NCBI GenBank assembly: GCA_016709305.1
Contig: JADJNA010000053.1
Span: 3,840 to 67,839 of the forward strand
DNA length: 64,000 nt
Source of the DNA: Candidatus Villigracilis saccharophilus
GTDB taxonomy: Bacteria; Chloroflexota; Anaerolineae; Anaerolineales; Villigracilaceae
Direction: 5' to 3'
Part shown: positions 37,692 to 48,657 of the stretch, one piece after another
How positions within the stretch are numbered: position 1 is the stretch's first letter
Layout of the letters: the number at the start of each line of letters is the position of its first letter
Translations under genes and position numbers: made by a program
The notes under the pieces: model-generated
The model's input: only the letters and a program-made list of their open reading frames with translations
Told to the model about the DNA's origin: nothing
Databases searched by the model: none

Positions 37692-38585
37692 TCAACTGGA
37701 CAGACACCTAATTTCAAAAGGTGTCTGTCTTGTTTTCAATTGTATCCGTTCATAGTTATAAAAGTAAATGTATTCATCAATGAGTTGCTGTGTATCCTTA
37801 AAGGTGGTTTGTTTGAATTGTCGCAAATATTCCTCTTTGAGGTGCCCAAAGAAATTCTCCATCGGAGCATTATCCCAACAGTTTCCACGGCGTGACATGG
37901 AAGGCGTGATGTTATACTCGCCAACAAGGACATGATATGCCTGTGAAGTGTATTGCGTCCCCTGGTCACTGTGGAGGGTCAGTCCGTCAGTGACCTTTTC
38001 CTTTTGTTTGGCTCGTTTCAGTGTCTGTGTCACCAGAGCGATCGAATTGGTTTGGTCAAAGACATGTGCCACAATGAAGCCGTCGTAGAGATCCTTGATG
38101 GTGGACAGATAAGCCCAGCCCTGCAAGGTGCGGATGTAGGTGACATCCGTAACCCACTTCTGGTTAGGCTTTGTCGCTGCAAAGTCCCGATTGAGTACAT
38201 TGGGATAGCGGTGGTACGTGCCGATTTCTTCCAACTTTTTGTACATTTTTGGCTTTCTGGCTTGCGAACGAATACCTAACTTGCGCATCAGCCTCAAAAC
38301 AGCCTTGTGATTGATGCTAATCCCCAGTTTTCGTTGGAGGTCGATCGTGACCCGTCGATACCCGTAGCTTTTGTGGGACGCTTCATAGGCCGCCTGGATC
38401 TTATCCATGCGTTCCTGATCCGGGTCTGTCTCTCCCAGTTTCCCTTCCCATGCATAATAAGCCGCTCGCGAAACACCGAAGAATTTACACATCGCCTTCA
38501 CTTCGTATTCTCCTTTGTGGTGGTAGATCGCCCGATATTGCGCTGCGCGAGCTGCACTTTCCGCAATTCGGTATGGAATTTTTTT
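37692..38585 (-). CDS. IS3 transposase OrfB (DDE)
   Basis: YGYRR, NQKWVTDVTY, HSDQG.QY, SMSRRGNCWDNAPMENFFG; the -1 frame is open up to the A7 run. Confidence 0.93.
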   Translation of the reverse strand, partial: KKIPYRIAESAARAAQYRAIYHHKGEYEVKAMCKFFGVSRAAYYAWEGKLGETDPDQERMDKIQAAYEASHKSYGYRRVTIDLQRKLGISINHKAVLRLMRKLGIRSQARKPKMYKKLEEIGTYHRYPNVLNRDFAATKPNQKWVTDVTYIRTLQGWAYLSTIKDLYDGFIVAHVFDQTNSIALVTQTLKRAKQKEKVTDGLTLHSDQGTQYTSQAYHVLVGEYNITPSMSRRGNCWDNAPMENFFGHLKEEYLRQFKQTTFKDTQQLIDEYIYFYNYERIQLKTRQTPFEIRCLSS

Positions 38586-38842
38586 AGGAGGGCATTTTCC
38601 ATTCGCAGCCGTGCCACTTCCCGCTCTTCCCTCTCTGTTCTCATGGGTCGTCCAATCGGCTTATGGAATGACAGTTCTCCCTCTCTCCGATACATCCGTA
38701 CCCAGGCTTTGATCCTGTCTGGTTTACGTACTTCCAGCCTAGCCGCCACAACCGCATACGTCAGATGCTCTTCCTCCACCAGACGTACCGCCTCCTGCTT
38801 AATTTCCACCTTGTAGTGCATCATTCCTTTTCTTCCTGACAT
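38498..38842 (-). CDS. IS3 transposase OrfA (HTH)
   Basis: Y..EIKQEAV..HTH..W...Y; LRMENALLKK coiled coil. Confidence 0.88.
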   Translation of the reverse strand: MSGRKGMMHYKVEIKQEAVRLVEEEHLTYAVVAARLEVRKPDRIKAWVRMYRREGELSFHKPIGRPMRTEREEREVARLRMENALLKKFHTELRKVQLAQRNIGRSTTTKENTK

Positions 38843-38950
38843 AAAAGCACCTCCTGTGCTATCTTCTCACAGGAGGGCTTTCTTTTCGTGTCCACTTTTC
38901 GGGGGGCAGTTCATGCTGCGGTCGCGTTTTTGATTTAACAAGAAAATAGG

Positions 38951-39904
38951 TTATGAACTTACATGCACCAAGCGCGGGTCAAGCGCATCGCGCAAGCCGT
39001 CGCCGATCAAATTGAACGAAAGCACGGTGAGCATGATAGCCAGCCCGGGATAGAACACAAGATGCGGGGCCGTGAAGACCTGGTTACGTTCCGCGCCTAG
39101 CATGGAGCCCCATTCAGGCGTGGTGGCTGCGCGCCCAAGCCAAGGAATGACAGTGCGGCCGCGTCGAGGATTGCAGAGGCTATGCCCAGCGTTCCCTGCA
39201 CAATCAGCGGAGTCAGCGCGTTCGGCAGAATACATTTAAAAAGGATCTCATACGTATTGCCGCCAAGCGAGCGGGTGGCTGAAACAAAGTCCATTTCGCG
39301 GACAGACAGAACCGAGGCACGCATTACACGCGCATAGGCCGGGATGGAGACAATGCCGATCGCAAGCAGGGCATTGATCAGGCCAGGGCCAAGAACCGTC
39401 ACAATGGCAATGGCAAGCAGCAGCGAAGGGAATGCCAACAGGACATCCATCACACGCATAATGAGGTTATCAATCCAGCCGCCAAAAATAACCGGCCAGC
39501 GCACCAAGGATCGTGCCAATAATGATGGCAAAACTTACCGTGGAGAGACCGATCATTAAACTCAGGCGCGCGCCATACAACATGCGGCTGAATTCATCAC
39601 GCATATTTCCATCGGTGCCCATGATGTGCTGCGGCTGGTCTTGAGGACATCCCAAAGATAAATGCAGGGGAAGACTGCTTTTGGATATCCTGCGGCGGTT
39701 TTGTATCCAACATGGAAAGTGTGGGGCTATAGGGAGCGATCCACTGCGCGGTCAGGGCAATGGTCACAAGAATAGCCAGGATAATCATGCCGACAATGGA
39801 TGACTTGCGCCGAAAAGCCGATGCCATGTGATTCGCCACAGGCTTGTCGATTTCAGTGTGAGAGCTTCAGAATCCAGTTTTACAGGGGTTGCAGCGATTG
39901 TCAT
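38951..39904 (-). CDS. dppC: Peptide ABC transporter permease DppC/OppC (frameshifted)
   Basis: [29 protein letters not shown]-like loop, PEWG. Confidence 0.85.
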
Positions 39905-39913
39905 GATCAATTC

Positions 39914-40980
39914 CTAGTTCAAGCGGATACGGGGATCGAGGTAGGCACAGGAAACATCCACAATAAGATTTAATAAAACAAAAAACATTGCGATGACAAC
40001 CGTGAACCCTTGCACGATGCCATAATCGCGGGCCGTGATGCCGTCATAAAGGATGCGGCCGACGCCGGATAAATTGAAAACAGTTTCGGTCAGAACCGCG
40101 CCGCCCAGCAAACCGCCCAAGGACAGACCGATCACAGTAGCAAGAGGCAGCAAGGCATTTCGAAATGCGTGCTTCAAATCACCGAACGCCGCCCCATGCC
40201 TTTGGCGCGCGCAGTGCGAATATAATCCCTGGCCAAGCACTTCCAAGCATGGCAGAGCGTGTCATACGGGCGATCAACGCCATCGGAATGGTGCTAAGGG
40301 CAAAAGCGGGAAGGATAAGATGAATAAGTGCGTCTTTAAATAATTTCCAGTCGGCGGTCAGCACGGCGTTCAGGATATTCATTCGGGCAAGAAAGTCAAC
40401 GATCGTAAAGAAAAAGTGCCTTCCTTGACCTGCATCCCCAGATTTCAAAAAATGGAGTTGTGGTAATCGTCGCTCAAGCGGGCCCGGAAGGCGGCAAATT
40501 GAAAGGAGTATCTTTTAACGCGAGCGCAAAAACATACGCCAACATTAGTCCAAGCCAAACACGGGCATGGACACGCCGACATTTGCCCACATCATGGTGA
40601 CCATCCACCCAGGGTTATGGCGGACCGCGGAGATCACACCCAAAGGAATACCGATAAAAATACTGACCAACAGCGCCGCAAAACTTAACTCAACCGTGAT
40701 GGGCAAACGCTCCTTCAACAATTCAGTATGGGTTTGGAATAGCGGAATGAAGTTCCAAATCACTGGGCAATTTCACCAACATAAACCCCAAACTGTACCG
40801 GGATGGGTTTGTCCAGCCCATGGCGATGATTGAATTCATCACAGACCACTTTGCGGCTTTCTCCAACATGGCGCAGCAGGGGATCCCGGGGATCAGGCGT
40901 GCCAGCGCGAAGGTGGCGAATAAAATGCCAAATAGAACGGGAATGCTGAGTAAGAGTCGTCGGATGATATAAGTGGTCAT
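39914..40980 (-). CDS. dppB: Peptide ABC transporter permease DppB/OppB (frameshifted)
   Basis: YIIRRLL..IP, GLDKP...Q, HLILPA..L, ARMTRS, HAFRNA, GAVLTETVF. Confidence 0.85.
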
Positions 40981-41046
40981 ATCGGTTTGGAGAACCCCGC
41001 CAAGATAACTCTTGACGGGGGTCTAATAGGTTGTGCAGGATTGAAA

Positions 41047-42808
41047 TTACTGAGCCGGAGGAGCGTTCAGGAAGGAGAGCCGAAGAGGCCGCTCCAATAG
41101 GAGAACGCGCCGGTGTTGCCGGTGTGGAGCGGGTTGGCAGCATCCCATTGAATGGCAAGGAAGTGACAACATCGTTCGCATCCAGTGCGGAGCCGTCGGG
41201 AAGACAACGCCCGAGCGCAGCTTGAAGGTCCACTCGGTCAGGTCAGCGCTGACTTCACAGGACTCGGCGAGGAAGGCTCAACAGCTGTTCCGCCGGTTTC
41301 GTAAGCAGGAGGACTGGGTCACCTGTTCGCAGGCGCGCAGGGATTCGCCGTCGGTCTCATCTGCACAATACAGGAGATCGGTTCAGCGATTCTGCATCCA
41401 GACGAAAGTGTCGGTGCCATTGGACATGACGGAGAATTCTTCATTGCCAAGCGGGCTGAGCAAAGGCGCCTTCAACAGAAGACTTGAAGGCGGAGCGGAA
41501 CCACCATGAGCCACAGGGATCATCGGACGTGAGTGCGGATGGCATTGTTGGCGGCGGTGTAGAAAGGTTCGCGTTCAGAATCGGAAGCGAGCTGAGCGCC
41601 CTGGGTCAAAGCTTCGGTAATGTCTTCGAATTTATCGCCGAATTGCTGAGAAGCGCCGGCGCCGAAGTGGTAGCCAAGGAAGTTGGTCTGGTCAGGATAG
41701 TCAGCGCCCCAGCCCAGCATATGCAGGCCTTGTAACTGGCCGGCATCCGCCGCAGCGAGGAAAGCACCGGATTCCATGACTTCGATGTTGAGGGTGATGT
41801 TCAGGTTCTCTTTCAACTGAGCCTGAAGATCCTGAGCCACAACGTTGGGATCGGGCAGGTAACCGCGGACAACGTCGCGGTAGTTCAAGACGGTTTCGAA
41901 ACCATCCGGGTAACCGGCTTCGGCCGAAGCGCCTTGGCGGCGGTGGCATCAAAAGCGTACCATTCATCGCCTACGCAGCCATTCCGGGATGGAGCAGGGG
42001 GTGAAGTGAGAAGCAACTTCGGAACCAGCGGGGTAGAAGTTTTCCACGATGCGCTGGCGGTCAATGCCCATGGCAATGGCCTGGCGGACTTTTTCGTTGG
42101 CCAAAGGATTGGCGGCATTATCGAAGCCGTCAACCTTGGGGTTGTTGTTGAAGCCGATGTACATGATGTTGAGGGCCGGGCGGTTGAAGAGAGCCAGATT
42201 GGAATCACCTTCAACAGTGGCGAAATCATCGGGACCAACATTGTCGATACCGTCAACAGTACCGGACTGCAGTTCAAGCAAGCGTTGGGCTGACTCGGTG
42301 CTCCACTTGAAGACCAGAGTTTCAGCGCCGACATTCTCGCCCCAATAGTTGGGGTTCTTCTTAAGGACCAATTGATCGCCACGGACCCAGGAATCAACGA
42401 TATAGGGGCCGGTGCCGACGGGTTTCTCAAGCAAGTCACCATTGCCGCCAGAGGCTTCGAGATATTCAGAAGGCTGAATGGCGAAGGATGTGAAGGCGAT
42501 CTTGGATGGGAAAGCGGGGTCAGGCACAGAGTGTGATCTTGACGGTCAATTTCGTCCACCGCTTCGATGGACTTGAATTCGCCGCCGTATTCACAATCGG
42601 TCGCGGAATAGCTGGTGTCGGTGACAACAGCCTGATTCGCAACCGGCGCTTCAGTAGCCGCAGGCGCTTCGGTGGCTGCGGGTGCTTCGGTAGCAGCAGG
42701 GGCTTCAGTGGCTGCGGGCGCTTCAGTGGCCGCACCGCCGCCGCAGGCCGCAAGCAAAATGCCTGCCAGCACTACCAGCGAAAGTAGAACAGAGATATTT
42801 TTTTTCAC
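41047..42808 (-). CDS. dppA: Family-5 peptide-binding lipoprotein (DppA-like), circularly permuted; many frameshifts
   Basis: GTG start with RBS; lipobox LAAC; (ATEAPA)n linker; PVGTGPY, VRQAIA..ID, GW..DYPD; LAES.EVS.D..EWTFKLR.GV.F.DG signature at the C-terminus. Confidence 0.8.
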
Positions 42809-43154
42809 GTTTCTCCTCCTTAGAGAAAATGTGTAATGATGGAGGTAAGGGGAATTAACAGGTAGCTCTCCTCTTACTCTCCGACAAGTCAAGATTATAC
42901 AGCAAAATTATTCGACTGATAGAAAGTGGAATCCAGACTCCATGGCTTTTCCATGACCAGGAAGACTTATTGCGAATTACTCAAAAAGAAAAAGGCCCGA
43001 AGTGCTCTCTCAAAATTCGCGTTCCAAACAAGTTTAAAAATGGGATTATCAGGCGATCTTGAAATACGCCAGACGATATCTGTTTGCCCGTTGCCCCTAT
43101 TCCCCCCTCGCAGATTTCTCAAAACACGGAGATCTCAGCCTCCGTGTTTTTGTT

Positions 43155-43536
43155 CTATCCCCTGCCCTACCTTCCAATCCTTATATTTATGCAAATCCTG
43201 CTCGAAAAGGATAAGACATGCTCCCACCACCGCGACATCATCCAGTTGACCAATCAGCGGGAGCATCCGGAACCATATCGAATGGATTAAGCACATAGAT
43301 CAGTGTGAAGACACTTGAGGCGATCACACCATAAGGGATCTGACGATACGCCCCAGCCCAGTAATCCTTAACGATGGCGATCAGCAATTTGCCGTCTTCG
43401 ATAAAGCGCGCCAGCGGACCTTTGGCGCTAAATTTCCTTTGTGTCTCTTCAGACCTGGTGATCACTTTTAATATCTTTTTGTGTAACGTTTTGCGCCCCA
43501 TCTTTGATGATTTCTTCACTCGGTTTTTTTCAACAT
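43155..43536 (-). CDS. YkvA/DUF1232-family protein (frameshifted)
   Basis: DYW.G.YRQIP, LIYVLNPFD.VPD..P.IGQLDD. Confidence 0.75.
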
Positions 43537-43699
43537 TGGGTCTTACTCCTTTTCACTCTGCGGGACACTACGAGAGTGATGTAGTTTGATTGTATCAAAA
43601 ACAGAAGACAATTCCTCCGCCTCGATTTGAGTTGTCTTTTGCGAACAGTTTTTCCACAGATCTGGAACTTTTTCTGCCCGTCTTAGTCAGTGCCTGAAA

Positions 43700-44831
43700 A
43701 TGGAGATGAAAATGAAAAACACTTTAGCCCTATCCCTTGTTATGTTCATTTTTCTGTCAGCGCCTGCGCTCCCAATTGACAGCGACCCCGCTGCTAGTTA
43801 TGACCGAAGCGCCGCAGATTCCGTGACCGAAGTGCCCGGAGAAACCCTATACCAACAACACGGATCGGATTCGGTTTTCAGTTCCCATCCAGTTGGTTCG
43901 GCCCCGAGAATATATCTCCGACCAAACCCTGCGGATTGAAGTGGGCACGGACAAGGTCTATCCTTATGGGACAGACCTAGCCGAGCGAAAGTCCTATGAT
44001 CTCAAGAATTCCTATAATGTTGTGATCCAGTATTCGAAGAACGATCAGAATCAGGTTTGGAAGGATACGTATGCCAGACGCTGGTCAACTTGAAGGATGG
44101 TGAGTCGGTTCGGATGCGAGGAGTTTGACCATCCGCGTTCGGCAACTCAGCCTGGGCAGGTTTGAAGGGATCGAGTACATCTCACCCTTTCAGAGACAAC
44201 GCAGATCGGGGCCGTTTATGCGCGGCAGGTTATCTTGATCAATCCCCGAACCAATGACGTGATCACTGTGATGGGACAGCCGATCAATATCGAGGATCAA
44301 TGACGGTGCGAACTGGCATGAAGTTTACAAGGCCATTGATGAAGCGAAACCTGAGTGTCTTTCGTGAGATGGTTGGGTCGATCGGTCAACTCAACAGGCG
44401 TTTGAGTTGGATAAGATCATTGATGCCGCCTTGCGCGGGGACAAGGATGAATTAAATCCCTGATGAAATTTAATCAAGTCAAATGCACGGTTGCCGAAGG
44501 ACTTGGCGGCCGCCAAATGTCTGGCGGGTGAGCAGGACGGACTGTTTGGAGGCACTGCCCATCCCTGATTCGGAAGGCCATTTTTGCAGGCTGATCTGGA
44601 AAGCTGGGTGGTTTGGATGTGTCTGCGTTGTTCGCCGGCATCTTAAGTTTCAGGATCGGCGTATTCAGATGGAGAACTATCCCGCGGGGCAGTACGCGAT
44701 CGTATTTGTTGGAGCGGATCAGGTCTAAGCTGGACCCTGCAAGTGGATCAGGAACCATCATCCGCATGGATCATGGCTTTGAATTTCCTCCATCCATCCC
44801 TGACGGGAATGTCCCTCCCGATTTTGATTGA
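43700..44831 (+). CDS. Hypothetical exported (lipo)protein, heavily frameshifted
   Basis: Signal-like start; consecutive fragments in shifting frames ending RMDHGFEFPP..PPDFD. Confidence 0.45.
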
Positions 44832-44967
44832 GCCGAGGTATCTCCCCTGGCGGGCTGAAGGGCTGCCTTTGGCACCCGTGACATTGATTGAGTGGATAAC
44901 AATAAGCTGGGTCGGGAGACCCACGCTCAACGCCTATGTTTAACGCTGGAAATTAAGCCCGCCTGAT

Positions 44968-46598
44968 TTAAACTTCCTTCTCCTCGCCCTCCGGCCGCTT
45001 CTCCTCTTTCCATCTTCCTCCTCAAACTCTCAGGCCGCGGACACACTCCGACGGCAAGAACGTCAGGCTCGCACCGCTCTGGTCAAATATCACGTGTGCG
45101 GCATTAAGCACCGCCTTGGCTGCGTTGATGCCCGATTGGGTCACGCCTGCCACGCCGTGACTGAGCGTGCTCGCGCCGCACAGATACAAGCCTTCGAACT
45201 CGGTGCGCGGCGAGAAGGCCCACGGCCCCACCTGTTGCGGCGATTTCTCGATGCCGTATAAATTTCCACGCGTGGCGTTGAGATAATGTTCATTTGTCAG
45301 CGGCGTGCCGAGGCTGTAAAACACAATGTGCGCTACGCCAGGCACGTGCTTCTCCAGTCCGCGCACCATGCGCCACGCCAGGTCTTCCTTCATCGCGTCA
45401 CAGTCCGCGGGCGCGAACCGTATTTCGTCTTTGCCCATTTCTCGAACGCCTCATAGCCAACGAACGGAGCGACTCGCAGGTGTGATGTCCGCGCTGTGCA
45501 TCTTCGACGGGTCTTTCAATGTGGTCGCGGTCAGGAACATGCCAGGTGGAGTCTCGTCACGCAGCAGCGCATCCGTCAGTCCGTCCGAATAAATTTTGTC
45601 CACATCGACGTGGTCATAAAACCAGTAATTGCCAGAGTCGAGTCCAGCTGCGCGCAGATCCATGTCCGTGGCGAAGAACAGGCCTAGCACGAAGTCGAAT
45701 ATCGGACAGAGATCAACTTTCCGTCTTGAGTCGAGGCGAGAGCTTTTCCTTCCCAATTAATTCGACCGAACATGCTTCAGGATCAGCATTGGAAATTACA
45801 ACACTCGAGCGGATCTCCTCGCCACTGTCCAATTCCACGCCGATAACTTTTTTGCCTTCGACGAGAATGCGCTTCACCCTACACTGGAGCCTGATCTCGC
45901 CCCCAGACTTTTTCAGAGCCCGAACAAAAGCTCTTGGCAGTGCGAACGCTCCGCCCAGCGGATAATATCCGCCGTTGAAATAATGATGCGTGATGCCCGC
46001 ATGGACGAAAGCTGAAACCTTCGACGGCGGCAGTCCGTGGTCACCCGCCTGCGCCGCCACACCCCGCGCAAAACGGGATCGCTGATGTGTCGCGTTGATT
46101 AAAGTCCGCACGCGTGCACGCATCCATTTGAGAATAGACGGCGCACTCGCCGCCGCTTTCAACGGATCGCTCAACCTGCCAATATTCGAAAGTGACTCCA
46201 TCATGTTGGTCAGATCGGCAAAGTAAGATCAATTCCTTTGCCTGATGTGGGAAGTGACTCTTCAACCGCTCAACTAAATTTTCCTTGCCTTTGGGAAAGT
46301 CCACGCTTATCACCGATGACTACGTGATCGTATCCATCAGGATTAAGTTCACAGAAGGTCAGTCTTGCGACACGCCAAGACCATCGTAAATCCTCCGCAG
46401 TCCGCTGCCCTCTTCAACGACCGATGTAATGCCCCAGGGCTAAAGCGATAGCCTTCGAGTGTAAACGAATGAGTCCACCGCCGGGCCTGTCGTGCTGTTC
46501 AAGCACGATCATTTTTGCCAGCCTGTACGAATGCCACCGCGGCGCGCCAACCCGCCCGCGCCTGAACCGATGACGATCGCGTCATAGGATGTGGTCAT
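44968..46598 (-). CDS. Phytoene desaturase/retinol saturase-family FAD oxidoreductase (frameshifted)
   Basis: YDAIVIGSGAGG, YYPLGG, VISNADP, GTPLT..HY, GLYLCGAS...GVAG. Confidence 0.8.
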
Positions 46599-46747
46599 TG
46601 TGTGCTCCTTGATTTATTAGATGTGATGAATGCGGTCACAAACTGCGCCTCATCCAAAATAGCTTCTGCGGTTATCATTTTCTTTAACCTCCTCATCTTC
46701 CCCTTCAAACATACAGCACCAATGAGTGTATACCCTGATGGGAGACT

Positions 46748-47754
46748 TTAATCCGCCAGCATCTTCTCGTACACCATAATTCCCTTAACACTTCAGGCAC
46801 GATCCATGCGTATTCTTCACGCAGGGAACCATCCAGCCTTGAAATGGTCTGATGCAAGCCAGCGTTTTGTGATGGATGCCACAGGTTGGAGAGTTGATAA
46901 GCTTTTAACAGTTCATCCTTTGACGCAAAGGTTTCCCATTTTCAAAGTAGCGCCGTAGAAGGTCGGTCATGCCTGGAGGTGGGCGGGCGTAATCGTCGAG
47001 GTTGAGCGCGATCTCCATGCTCACAAAAATGTGCGCAGTGACACGAAGGGATGGGTCAGGCTGGCGTCGCCCCAATCGAAGAAGATCATGCGTCCTTTTT
47101 GAGAAGGGATATTGCCATCATGGAAATCTCCGTGATTGAGCGATGCAGGAATTCCAAAGGCGGAAAGATCGGCGCAGATCTGCTTGAAGCGGCAAGTCAG
47201 TCTCGTAATTGCTGGAACTCAGCGGAGGTCAAACCCTTCTCTTGATCGATCATCAGACTGTCTTCATCGGCAAGCAGTTCTTTATAGCATGGGAGAGTCA
47301 CAAGACGGTGATCAGGAATTCCCAATGCCAACATCTCGGAAGCATGCCCTGCCAGCCCGATTTGTAATTCAGCGTATTTCGTGATGACAGGTTCCCAGGG
47401 CTTGATATCCTGCGCTGGGCGGATGGACGCGCGCAATTGTTCGCCGCCGTCGCGCATCAGCATCCAGCCGCGGGTTGTATCCACCGCGATGAGCTCGGGC
47501 ATACAATCGGGGAACCAGCCCGCCAGTTTTTCCGTCAACGCGGACTCATAAACAGTCTCTACCGCTGTGGCTTTATAGAAGATCGTGCCTTCATTTGTCG
47601 GGATGCGCATAACCGTTGACCACGGGTACATATGCGGTTGTTCGATCTCGCCGGTAATCTGAATCGATTGGCGTTCTGCTTGAGTACGAATCCATTCATG
47701 CGCTTGTTTTTGCCAATTGGGATCTTCCCACTTTAGTATTGATCTACCTGTCAT
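46748..47754 (-). CDS. Aminoglycoside phosphotransferase-family kinase (frameshifted)
   Basis: PWSTV..FYKA; HGDFHDGNI and IFFDWGDA...HPF in a downstream frame. Confidence 0.75.
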
Positions 47755-47768
47755 ACAACCTCTATTGA

Positions 47769-47801
47769 AGAAATCGGAAGTTTTAAAAACTTCCGACTTC
47801 T
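47769..47801. repeat. Intergenic palindrome (REP-like)
   Basis: agaaatcggaagtttt-a-aaaacttccgacttct. Confidence 0.55.
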
Positions 47802-47802
47802 C

Positions 47803-48279
47803 TTATCCAGTCTTATCTCCCAGATCAATTTTCCGCGCAACATAATTCTCGTAATCAGGCACCAATCGGTCATATTCTCCATCCATGAGCGGAGAGGAGA
47901 TCATAAAGTCCGCCGAGGCGCGATTGTTGGCGATGGGGATATTCCACACGACCGCCATACGCAGGAGTGCCTTTACATCCGGGTCATGCGGTTGAGGTTC
48001 GAGCGGATCCCAGAAGAAGATCAGGAAGTCAATCTTGTTCTCAACGATCTTGGCGCCGATCTGCTGGTCGCCGCCGAGCGGTCCGCTTTTGAGTTTGATG
48101 ATCTTAAAGCCGAGTTCGTGTTCCAGGATCTTGCCTGTCGTACCGGTTGCAAATATCTGATGGTGCGCCAGCAGATCGCGATTGAATTTCGCCCATTCGA
48201 TCAGGTCGCGTTTTTTATTATCGTGCGCGACCAGGGCGATCTTCTTATCGTGTTCCATGGGAATCTTTTTATGAGGCAT
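47803..48279 (-). CDS. mgsA: Methylglyoxal synthase
   Basis: [37 protein letters not shown]. Confidence 0.95.
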   Translation of the reverse strand: MPHKKIPMEHDKKIALVAHDNKKRDLIEWAKFNRDLLAHHQIFATGTTGKILEHELGFKIIKLKSGPLGGDQQIGAKIVENKIDFLIFFWDPLEPQPHDPDVKALLRMAVVWNIPIANNRASADFMISSPLMDGEYDRLVPDYENYVARKIDLGDKTG

Positions 48280-48290
48280 GCTTCGTAACC

Positions 48291-48656
48291 TTACCCATAT
48301 CCCAATGTACTGACCAACATGCTCCAAACCTGTACCAGCGCAACGAGAATTGCGAGAAAGATCACAGCGAAAATGATCGAGCGGGTGACCTCTTTTTTGC
48401 CCGCGGGGTTGCCAAGTTTGTTGAGCGTTTCCCCGCCGAGGATCGTGTATGTGAGTCCGAAGAGAATCCCCACAAGGTTGATGATGATCATGTTCGTGGA
48501 GAAGATAACATCCTCACTTTGTTTGAACATCCCCAGTAATGGCCAGACGATCGAGATCATGGCAGCACCGATGGAGAGCACCAGAATGAATATTCCCGCA
48601 GAGCGGTCTGCCAGCCATTTATTTTCTTTTTTTGCTGAGTTATTATTATTTTGCAT
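48291..48656 (-). CDS. Small membrane protein (3 TM)
   Basis: Hydrophobic ORF in operon context. Confidence 0.6.
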   Translation of the reverse strand: MQNNNNSAKKENKWLADRSAGIFILVLSIGAAMISIVWPLLGMFKQSEDVIFSTNMIIINLVGILFGLTYTILGGETLNKLGNPAGKKEVTRSIIFAVIFLAILVALVQVWSMLVSTLGYG

Positions 48657-48657
48657 T

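Larger units (their letters stand above)
37646..38913 (-). mobile_element. IS3-family (IS150-like) insertion sequence, 1268 bp, 3-bp target duplication TGC
   Basis: Imperfect IRs TAGACTG..GACA..AAAGAAAGCCC and TGAACTG..GGACA..AAAGAAAAGCCC; TGC at 37643-37645 and 38914-38916; orfA plus orfB. Confidence 0.92.

Noticed and set aside
42640-42735. 18-bp repeats as a CRISPR-like array
   Set aside because: They encode the (ATEAPA)n lipoprotein linker; there are no spacers or cas genes, and no CRISPR array was seen in the window.
36600-47300. Mass pseudogenisation of gmk, dpp genes, oxidoreductase and kinase
   Set aside because: Indels also hit essential genes (gmk, pheT) and cluster regionally, which fits low-coverage long-read error better than decay.
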